A stretch of DNA of 64,000 bases, taken from Octopus sinensis (Eukaryota). The DNA lies in contig NC_043005.1 of assembly GCF_006345805.1 (NCBI RefSeq), positions 109,368,001 to 109,432,000 on the forward strand, written 5' to 3'. Below are positions 12,230 to 21,507 of the stretch, piece by piece. The position numbers and the translations under genes are program-made. The notes below the pieces were generated by a model. It did not search any database, was not told the origin of the DNA, and was given only the letters and a program-made list of their open reading frames with translations. Position 1 is the first letter of the stretch. Each line of letters begins with the position of its first letter.

Positions 12230-12415
12230 ATAACGGGAAGGTTTACAAAAATAAACAACAGACAAAGGCAGGTGAAGTACAAACAAACAATTGTATTAGT
12301 ATAGCGCTCAGGAATAGAAATAGACAAAGTCTTTTACGTTTCGAGCCTACGCTCTTCGACAGAAAGATACACAGAAAAAAACAAGGAGAGAAAAAAATGC
12401 ATGTAGGAATATATA
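12230..12415 (-). mobile_element. Probable Penelope-like element terminal repeat (copies at 13127-13311, 41160-41335, partial 47443-47505)
   Basis: Shared block aagtttacgaaaataaacaaaag..ggcaggtg..gtcttttacgtttcgagcctacgctcttc(g/a)acagaaagatacacag; the acgtttcg..ctcttc..cag core is the antisense of a hammerhead-like motif typical of Penelope termini. Confidence 0.6.
12330..12367 (-). ncRNA. Minimal type I hammerhead-like motif, A6U variant (also 13225-13262, 41255-41292)
   Basis: TCTTT-CTGTCGA-A-GAGC-GTAG-GCTC-GAAA-C-GTA-AAAGA: stem I 5 bp, stem II 4 bp, palindromic ACGT stem III, GUA site. Confidence 0.45.
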
Positions 12416-12717
12416 GTGAAGGCATGTGGCTTAGTGGTTAGAGCATTTGGCTCACGATCTTAAGGTTGTGAGTTCAATTTTCAGGGACACATTGTGCCCT
12501 TGAGCAAGACACTTTATTTCACATTACTCCAGTCCACTCAGCTGGCAAGAATGAGTAGAACCTGTATTTCAAAGGGCCAGCCTTGTCACACTCCGTGTGA
12601 AACTGAATCTCCCTGAAAACTACATAAAGGGTACATGTATCTGTGGAGTGCTCACCCACTCGCACATTAATTTCACAAGCAAGCTGTGACCCTTGTGATC
12701 ATAACCGAAGGAGTGCT

Positions 12718-12718
<1 letters not shown>
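12416..12718 (+). mobile_element. tRNA-derived SINE, family E (duplicate at 13312-13613)
   Basis: tggcttagtggttagagc A box, gagttcaatt B-box relic, cttgagcaagacactttatttcac..ctccagtccactcagctg core, tail acctgtatttcaaagggccagccttgtcacactc. Confidence 0.85.
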
Positions 12719-12751
<33 letters not shown>

Positions 12752-12755
12752 AAAC

Positions 12756-13013
12756 AATTGCAGCGTGGAAGGTGTTTATAAGGCATTTAAGAAACACACA
12801 AAAACCGTTAGATTGACTTTAACATTTAATTTAATTTGTCAAAATATTTTCAACACTTTGAGCCCGCGACCTGTTCACGGAGTTTTGTCAGTGAACAGGT
12901 CATGGTCTCAAAGTGAGGAAATATTTTGACAAATTAAATTTAAATGTTAAATTCAATCTAACGGTTTTTGTGTGTTTCTTAAATGCCTTATAAACACCTT
13001 CCACACTGCAATT
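12756..13013. repeat. Foldback element of about 258 bp (duplicate at 13651-13910)
   Basis: Arms aattgcag(c/t)gtggaaggtgtttataaggcatttaagaaacacacaaaaaccgttagattg.. and ..caatctaacggtttttgtgtgtttcttaaatgccttataaacaccttccacactgcaatt; central 12-nt loop ggagttttgtca. Confidence 0.95.
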
Positions 13014-13612
13014 ATTTTCATTCCAGCACACGATCTCAGATCAATGTCACTCACTATGCAAGTACATCTCCGTAATATATATATATATCATATATACCTA
13101 CATACCTACGTACATATATATATATATAACGGAAGGTTTACAAAAATAAACAACAGACAAAGGCAGGTGAAGTACAAACAAACAATTGTATTAGTATAGC
13201 GCTCAGGAATAGAAATAGACAAAGTCTTTTACGTTTCGAGCCTACGCTCTTCGACAGAAAGATACACAGAAAAAAACAAGGAGAGAAAAAAATGCATGTA
13301 GGAATATATAGTGAAGGCATGTGGCTTAGTGGTTAGAGCATTTGGCTCACGATCTTAAGGTTGTGAGTTCAATTTTCAGGGACACATTGTGCCCTTGAGC
13401 AAGACACTTTATTTCACATTACTCCAGTCCACTCAGCTGGCAAGAATGAGTAGAACCTGTATTTCAAAGGGCCAGCCTTGTCACACTCCGTGTGAAACTG
13501 AATCTCCCTGAAAACTACATAAAGGGTACATGTATCTGTGGAGTGCTCACCCACTCGCACATTAATTTCACAAGCAAGCTGTGACCCTTGTGATCATAAC
13601 CGAAGGAGTGCT

Positions 13613-13646
<34 letters not shown>

Positions 13647-13779
13647 AAACAATTGCAGTGTGGAAGGTGTTTATAAGGCATTTAAGAAACACACAAAAAC
13701 CGTTAGATTGACTTTAACATTTAAATTTAATTTGTCAAAATATTTTCAACACTTTGAGCCCGCGACCTGTTCACGGAGT

Positions 13780-13830
13780 TTTGTCAGTGAACAGGTCATG
13801 GTCTCAAAGTGAGGAAAATATTTTGACAAA
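13780..13830 (+). ncRNA. Minimal hammerhead-like motif with swapped G3-C8 core (also about 12883-12932)
   Basis: TTTGTCA-GTGAACA-G-GTCAT-GGTCTCAAA-GTGAG-GAAA-ATAT-T-T-TGACAAA: 7-bp stem I and palindromic AATATT stem III; stem II partly decayed. Confidence 0.4.
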
Positions 13831-13987
13831 TTAAATTTAAATGTTAAATTCAATCTAACGGTTTTTGTGTGTTTCTTAAATGCCTTATAAACACCTTCCA
13901 CACTGCAATTATTTTCATTCCAGCACACGATCTCAGATCAATGTCACTCACTATGCAAGTACATCTCCGTAATATATATATATATCA

Positions 13988-14380
13988 TCGTCATCATCGG
14001 CATCATTACCATCATCATCATTTAACGTCCATTTTCCATGCTGGCATGGGTTGGATGGTTTGACAGGAACTGAACACTAGAAGAGCTGCCTAGGTTCCAT
14101 GTCTGTTTTGGCATGGTTTCTATGGCTGGATGCCCTTCCTAACAACAACCACTTTATGGAGTGTGCTGAGTGCTTTTACACACCACCAGCATGGGTGCAT
14201 TTCTGTGGCACTGGTATGGATGCTTTTTACATACCACCAGCACCTCCCAACCTGCAACATTAGGAATGCTCAGCTGGATACAGATGCCAGGGACAAGCCT
14301 GTATACGAGGACGACAATGCTTTTACTTAGCTTCACATGTTCAATGTGTCTTTCCAAGGACAGCAATTGTGATCATTTTT
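13988..14380 (-). mobile_element. RTE-type LINE 3' end
   Basis: catcatcatttaacgtccattttccatgctggcatgggttggatgg tail, ggatgcccttcctaac block and tgctttttacataccacc motifs. Confidence 0.8.
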
Positions 14381-14399
14381 CTACAGATGTTGGGACACA

Positions 14400-14741
14400 C
14401 AGAGGGGTTGACAGGGGACTGAGACACCTAGTGGTTTGTTGTGCATAGAAAGACGTGTCAAGCCAAGTTAAACCATGGTTGTTCTTGTATATAGGCTTGA
14501 CTCCTGCACCTGTCTCCAGTTGGACATTCCTAATCTTACAGACTGGTAGGTGCTGGTGGCACGAAAAAAGCACCCATAACGATTCCACAGAAATGCAATC
14601 ATGCTGGTGCTATGTGAGAGCACCCAGTACACTCTGTAAAGTGGTTGGCATTAGGAAGGGCATCCGGCCATAGAAACCATGCCAAAACAGACATGAGGCC
14701 GGGGCAGCTCTTCAAGTGTTCAGTTCCTGTCAAACCATCCA
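14400..14741 (+). mobile_element. RTE-type LINE 3' end, inverted relative to the previous copy
   Basis: agaaagacgtgtcaagccaagt (..KTCQAK), ggtggcacgaaaaaagcacc, attaggaagggcatccggccatagaaacc, cctgtcaaaccatcc. Confidence 0.8.
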
Positions 14742-15031
14742 TATATATATACATATACATATATATGTATGTGTGTGTGTGTGTGTGTGTGTATTAGTAC
14801 AGCAGTACAGCATGCCATTTCCAAATTTCTGGCAGAGTGAATTGTGCTATGGTGCTATTTTTCTCACAGACAGTGCCCAACTGACCCTACCATACTGTGT
14901 AGCCAACGAAATCAATAACAAACAATGCACATACACAAAATAAAAAAATATAAAGTGGCAACAATTTACCCATCACATGGTGTAGGTGTATATAGATAGA
15001 TATATTTATAAATATACATATATAATGTATG

Positions 15032-15146
<115 letters not shown>

Positions 15147-15707
15147 GTGTGCATGCATGCATGTGTGAGTGTGTACTGTTGAAATGAACAAAAGCAGAAA
15201 ACACATTGATATTTCAGATAACTTGCTTTCTCTTCTTTTGTCCATTTCAACAATTTGAGGTGGTTGTTACTGTCTTATAGCCTGAGCCTATATCTTGATG
15301 CTTCACAGACTGCATTATGTGAGAATGTATGTTTAACAGAGCTGAAAATTGAGCCTTAATTCCAACAGTGCATGTCACACACACATTCAACATACTCTTT
15401 ACAATCTTGATCAATAATTAACAAACAGAAAAAAAAATTAAATAGAAACTTTGAATAATATTAGCTGAAACTACACTTTTGCTGAACAGAAATATGGAAT
15501 GGTTATTGCTGGAATTACTTTTGATCATAGATGTTCTCAATTAGGGATGGCCTGGAGCTTAACTGCAACAGCATATGGGATTTGATTAAAAATACCTCAA
15601 TGGAGAAAGGTAAAATTTTACCTCATCAGGAACTGAACTTTGAACAACCACTTTACTGCACTATAGAGGGTGACTGGCCTTCAGTGAAACCAAAAATCCC
15701 AGTCTGA

Positions 15708-16112
15708 TTCTCTTTACTCTCTCTTTTACTCTTTTACTTGTTTCAGTCATTTGACTGCGGCCATGCTGGAGCACCACCTTTAATCGAGCAACTCGACCAC
15801 GGGACTTATTCTTTTGTGAGCCCAGTACTTATTCTATCGGTTTCTTTTGCCGAGCCGCTAAGTGACGGGGACATAAACACACCAGCATCGGTTGTCAAGC
15901 AATGCTAGGGGGACAAACACACACACACACATACATATATATATATACATATATATGACAGGCTTCTTTCAGTTTCCGTCTACCAAATCCATTCACAAGG
16001 CATTGGTCGGCCTGAGGCTATAGCAGAAGACACTTGCCCAAGATACCACGCAGTGGGACTGAACCCAGAACCATGTGGTTGGTTAGCAAGCTACTTACCA
16101 CACAGCCACTCC
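15708..16112 (-). mobile_element. Full-length SINE, family A
   Basis: ctcttttacttgtttcagtcatttgactgcggccatgctggagcacc .. agaagacacttgcccaagataccacgcagtgggactgaacccagaaccatgtggtt..cacagccactcc. Confidence 0.9.
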
Positions 16113-16525
16113 TAACCATTTACAACGTGTACTTGGTGATTTTTTCCCTTTTCTTTTTGCATTTTCTTTTTGCAGTGGGAGCACTAGTTAGTGTATGTGG
16201 GGTATGCATGTAGAACATGAAGCAAAAAGAATTAAAGCGTGATGGAAAAAAATGAATTTTTTGTTGTGAGAAAATGGTAGCAGAGGAAGTAACAGAGGGA
16301 ATAGTATTAAGCAGGAATGATGGAAGAGACAAGAGGGAGAAGAACTATCCACACCCAAATGGTTTGGATGGTTCGTTAAGATCTGAGTCAGTTTTTAATG
16401 AAGTTACACAGATATTTTTGTGAAGAGAGCTGTAGTGAAGGGACCAACAGAGACAGTGTTAAGAAAAGGGGTAATAGAAGGGAAAGCGAAGTAGTAGTGT
16501 CAGGGGTTAGTGAGAGTTAGTGATA

Positions 16526-16734
16526 TATTTCTTTATTGCCCACAAGGGGCTAAACAGAGAGGGGACAAACAAAGATAGACAAAGGGATTAAGTCGATTAT
16601 ATCGACCCCAGTGCATAACTGGTACTTTATTTATTGACCCTGAAAGGATGAAAGCAAAGTAAACCTCGGCGGAATTTGAACTCAGAATGTAACAGCAGAC
16701 GAAATACTAACGTCTCTGCCAGCTTGCCACCTTA
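16526..16734 (-). mobile_element. SINE, family M, with 14-bp TSD
   Basis: Family M core; flanked by gagagttagtgata at 16512-16525 and 16739-16752. Confidence 0.9.
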
Positions 16735-17199
16735 AATCGAGAGTTAGTGATAGGGACAGTGGGATGGTTAAACAGGAAAAGCTGCAGTGCTGCCCCGTGT
16801 TATACAGGGTTCAGTAGGGTGGTGCATAAATGAGAAATAAGATAGATGATAATAAGGGGCCAGGGTGTATCCTCAATGTAACATTACCAAGAGAGTATAG
16901 CTAGTGAAAAATCAGGTAGGCAGGGAGTAGAGTTTGTCAGAGTGCAGTCCCTCCCAATCAGCATCATCGCTTGAAAGAATAGCAGAAAAGGGATAGCAAG
17001 CTATGGGTGGTGGAAGTAGTGGGAGTGAGATGTTCAATACAAATAGATTAAATGATTTCTACATAATTTTAGGTGGCATACAACGAGCAGAAGAGATGAT
17101 TTGGAGATGAGAGAGTATAGAAAACACGCAGGGTATGAAGATCTGAAGGCATAGAAGGGGAAGTGCATGCACTATGTAGCAGACAAGCAGGATGTATGC

Positions 17200-17352
17200 A
17201 CTATCCCACAATATTCAGCATTTCAGCAATCTTGCATGGGGAACCAGGGCTCCTGCAGCACCATATATAGCCAATCAACACAGTCCTCAATCACCTTTGC
17301 TAGAGATAAGATCTTGCAATCGTTTACCACCACCTCATTCCAAGTGAGCCTT
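17200..17352 (-). mobile_element. Old RTE-type LINE ORF C-terminus
   Basis: Minus frame RLTWNEVVVNDCKILSLAKVIEDCVDWLYMVLQEP resembles the RTE KTW.EVV..DL..L.L.....DR..WR..V ending. Confidence 0.45.
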
Positions 17353-17449
17353 TTCTCATAGCACTAGGCAAACTAAAACCTTGTGAGTAGATGTAGTCAA
17401 TGAAAAGTACACATACATACATACATATGTACATAAATATATATATATT

Positions 17450-17895
17450 GGCTTCCGTGCCGGTGGCACGTAAAATACACCAATCCGACCGTACGACAGG
17501 CACCCATACCAACTTTACTTGCGAAGACATGTTGGGGCAAGCAAAAGCGAAATCGAATTGAAACAGCCAGGATCCAGTCTGGTGGTACGTAAAAAGCACT
17601 ATCCGACTCGTGGCCGATGCCAGCGCCGCCTCGACTGGCTTTCGTGGCCGGTGGCACATAAAATACACCAATCGACCGTGGCCGTGCAGCCTCGCCTGGC
17701 CTGTGCAGGTGGCACGTAAAAAGCACCCACTACACTCGCGGAGTGGTTGGCGTTAGGAAGGGCATCCAGCTGTAGAAACATTGCCAGATATAAGACTGGA
17801 GCTGGTGCAGCCTTCTGGCTTCCCAGATCCCCGGTCGAACCGTCCACCCATGCTAGCATGGAGAACGGACGTTAAACGATGATGATGATGATGAT
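17450..17895 (+). mobile_element. RTE-type LINE 3' UTR with four internal direct-repeat motifs
   Basis: Motif ggtggcacgtaaaaagcacc (variants) at about 17459, 17578, 17647 and 17705; ends acccatgctagcatggagaacggacgttaaacgatgatgatg. Confidence 0.85.
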
Positions 17896-17975
17896 TATAT
17901 ATATATATATATATATATATCATACATACATATATACATACATACTATATATATATATATATATATATACGCATA

Positions 17976-18010
<35 letters not shown>

Positions 18011-18021
18011 ATAATAATATA

Positions 18022-18158
18022 GAGTATGGAAACTTATACATCCACAAAATTTATTTTATAGTTATATACAGCACATTATAATGACCTACACGTGTTTCAG
18101 CTGTAGCAGAAACACGTGTAGGGCATTATAATGTGTGAATGTACAAGTTTCCATATTC
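18022..18158. repeat. Foldback hairpin upstream of the Penelope-like element
   Basis: Inner 27-bp arms 18072-18098 / 18109-18135 (1 mismatch); outer arms 18022-18041 / 18139-18158. Confidence 0.9.
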
Positions 18159-18471
18159 TTTATTATTATTGATATTAATATACACTTCAGACAATTTTTA
18201 CTGTCCAGTGAAGAGTAGATGGAATTACTCACTGGAAGAATTCACAGAGTGACTAACAACTAAATGTGGACACACACGTTAGATACTGAGTGTTGTGGTA
18301 AGCCAATAGCTAGAACTTGACTGAGAGCTACTACAGTATGCATCCAGGTAATATATCCCTCTAAGCTCACTATGTGTATATGTATGTGTATGCATATATA
18401 TATATACACACACACACAGACACATATATACACACTCACACTACCAACAGTTACCAACCACAAATTTGACT

Positions 18472-19320
18472 ACAATAAACTTCCTAGATGTAACCCTAAA
18501 CCTGTAAACAGGTAAGCCTACCCTTCCAGGAAACCTAATAAAGGAACTGAGTACATCCACAGAAGAGCTAACCCTCCCACTGTAATTAGACACCTATTTT
18601 CAGACACTAGCAGAAGAATCCTTAAGATTTCAGCTGGTAGAGAGATCTTCAACAGTCCTCCCCCACCACCACAATACAACGACGCATTAATGAAGAATAA
18701 GATTTTCTGACAAGTTAGCATCACCATCTCCCCCTACATATGAAGAATATCAGAAAGAGAAATATATTTTGGTTCAACCCTCCATTTAACCTAGAAATTT
18801 CTATCAATGTACCTAGGAGATTTCTGTCTTTGATCAAGAAGCATTTCTCCAGAGTACTATAAATTACTATAAACTTTTCAACCCACATAACATCAAAGAG
18901 AGCTATTCCTGCTTAGACTACATCGCTTCTAACATTGCATGCTACAACAGACAAACATGCACGTTCACAATCTCCAAACCAACCTGTAATTTCCAATGCC
19001 CTACCAGCCGCTCTCTGGGATAATTCTACCTCTCAATGGCTGCTGTCCACAGAGCTACCTTCACACCATTGATGACAACACAAGAAACCACAAGATGGCC
19101 AATGACTTCAATGGAAGGTACACACAGCATATGTTTTCCCTTAGATGCAGGGATAGAGAGAATTCCACCATTTTGTCCTGCTTCGTCTGGAGAGTTTGTA
19201 ACCTCCAGAATGACTTCCTCAACATTGAATGAACTGCCATCGACAAAGCCCTACCTTTTTCCCCCCCAGTGTCTATAACTACCAGCTCTGCTTCCGTGAA
19301 AGACTGCATATTCTCCACCA
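18472..19320 (+). mobile_element. Decayed Penelope-like element (Neptune-like RT C-terminus and GIY-YIG endonuclease region)
   Basis: TINFLDVTLNL*TGK, RKPN..EYIH..ANPP, RKRNIFWFNPPF, YKLFNPHNIKESYSC, PLNGCC, RYTQHMFS..NSTILSCFVW and QLCFRERLHIL occur in the expected order, with stops and frameshifts. Confidence 0.85.
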
Positions 19321-19482
19321 GTTTGCAATATGAATTGTTTTATTGCTGCCACCAGGAAATATGAAGTGTTTTATAGTCCTCCTTATGAACTTCAAGTCAC
19401 GAGTTGCTGACAACCCAGGTATACTACACCAATATTGGCTGTGCTTCAACACTGGCTGACCCATAAACAAAGAGTAAGGTAC

Positions 19483-20085
19483 CTAACCATCGATAATGTT
19501 CTATCAGTTTTATATTCAAACGGTCCAGATCTAGAATGTCACATTTACCCTACAATCTCATTCTAATAATGAACAATCATATCATCAAAATATATAAGCT
19601 ACATGATAATACATGGTTATTAAAACAATGAGAATAAATAAGTGTTACAATTGATAGAGTAATATGAATGCTTATTTCTTTACTGCCCACAAGGGGCTAA
19701 ACACAGAGGAGACAAACAAGGACAGACAAACGGATTAAGTTGATTATATCGACCCCGAAAGGATGAAAGGTAAAGTTGACCTAGGCGGAATTTGAACTCA
19801 GAATGTAAGAGCAGACAAAATACCTATTTATTTACTACCCACAAAGGGCTAAACACAGAGGGGGCAAACAAGGACAGACAAACGGATTAAGTCGATTATA
19901 TCGACCCCAGGGCATAACTGGTACTTAATTTATCGACCCCGAAAGGATGAAAGACAAAGTCAACCTTGGCGGAATTTGAACTCAGAACGTAACGGCAGAT
20001 GAAATACTGCTAAGCATTTTGCCCGGCATGCTAACGTTTCTGCCAGCTCGCTGCCTATAGAGTAATCTGAATGCTAATGGGTTAA
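19483..20085. mobile_element. piggyBac-type MITE interrupted by two SINEs
   Basis: Body matches 29724-29951 (ttttatattcaaac..ccagatct..accctacaat..) and resumes after the SINEs as agagtaatctgaatgctaatgggttaa. Confidence 0.6.
19673..20056 (-). mobile_element. Two tandem family M SINEs (partial 19673-19818, full 19819-20056) with a 19-bp TSD
   Basis: atagagtaatatgaatgct (19654-19672) / atagagtaatctgaatgct (20057-20075) flank the pair. Confidence 0.9.
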
Positions 20086-20593
20086 GTAATTAGAAAAATG
20101 CCTGTCATAGATGGAATCATTTGCAGATGGTAGATCTTCAAGAGAGCTTAATAAAAGGTTTATGAAATATAAAAAATTAGAGTCCAGTTTTAAAAACTTC
20201 TGCAGCTGATTCCCTACCATTGCTACGAGGTTTTACATGCATTTGCCTAATTTCTTTCTGCCTCCTATTTTTCTAATCTTCTTATTCTTCAGCCTAGTAG
20301 ATTTAGCTTCAGACATTTTCTTCCCTTGAGTGTACTCGGCATCTCTTTCATCAGGAACATCACCTTTAAAGTGATTGTCTTTTAACAATGTGTCTTTACT
20401 CTCACAATCTCCGGTTTTCTCAAGAAACATTTTAGCTTAATTTCAATGCCCATACATACACACAAACATGTATAGATGCATATGTGTGCATGTGTGTGTC
20501 TCTGCTTGCATGTATGGTTTCCCAAAAGTTCAGTTAACTAGTAATGGTGATGTTGTTAATATTTCCCTTGTCAGCAAATTGCCCATTGGTATT

Positions 20594-20827
20594 GCTGAGC
20601 TGGCAGAAACATTAGCACGCCAGGCGAAATGCTTAGCGGTATTTCGCCTGCCTTTACGTACTGAGTTCAAATTCCACCAAGGTTGACTTTGCCTTTCATC
20701 CTTTTGGGGTCGATAAATTAAGTACCAGTTACGCACTGGGGTCGATGTAATCGACTTAATCCGTTTGTCTGTCCTTGTTTGTCCTCTCTGTGTTTAGCCC
20801 CTTGTGGGTAGTAAAGAAATAGGTATT
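20594..20827 (+). mobile_element. Full-length SINE, family M
   Basis: gagctggcagaaacattagc..tactgagttcaaattcc..gcctttcatccttttggggtcgataaattaagtaccag..gccccttgtgggtagtaaagaaataggtatt. Confidence 0.9.
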
Positions 20828-21319
20828 GCATTTTCAATAGTTTATAGAATAAGAGATCCCTTATTGAAAGAAAAAAGGGGTAAAGAATAGCTACCGGAAG
20901 ACCATCAGGTTGTAAAACAATGGCTAAGTAATATACTTCCTTAACCCATGCTGGCATAGAAAAACAGATGGAAAACTCTCCCTTTCTCTCTCTCACACAC
21001 ACACACACACATTTTATTACATATTTGAAAATATGAGCCACAAGGACAACACCAGGTAAAGGAAAGCAAAAGAAATATGGAGTAAGAAAACTAGAATTTG
21101 TTAAGGTATGTAAAACAACAAAAAATATAGAACAAGAAAATGAAGACTTTCAAAACACAAGGAAAACCAATAAAAAAAATCAACAACATCAACAGCAGCA
21201 ACAAAAAGTGTGAGAAGAGAACTACTATAATAACACCATAAATAACACTATAACCGCCACCACTACCACCACCACCACTACCACTGCCAGCACTGTCATT
21301 TTTGTACGGCAACCGATTT

Positions 21320-21474
21320 CAAGGCAGAAATATTACACACACATATGCACATGAATATGTACATACATACATAAATACACACACATATACATATATATAT
21401 ATACACACACACATACGTACATAGATCCATCCATACATACATACATACATACATACATACATACATACATACAT

Positions 21475-21507
<33 letters not shown>

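Larger units (their letters stand above)
12193..13985. repeat. Near-identical tandem duplication, unit about 896 bp
   Basis: Copy 1 about 12193-13088, copy 2 about 13089-13985; by eye I see three 1-nt homopolymer indels and one C/T difference. Confidence 0.95.

Noticed and set aside
15600-15632. Minus-strand CTGATGA-GGTAAAATTTTACC hairpin
   Set aside because: The hairpin is followed by TTTC rather than GAAA, so it is not a hammerhead core.
17459-17727. CRISPR-like repeat-spacer appearance
   Set aside because: Eukaryotic context, no cas genes, irregular spacer lengths, and the array is part of a dispersed LINE 3' UTR.
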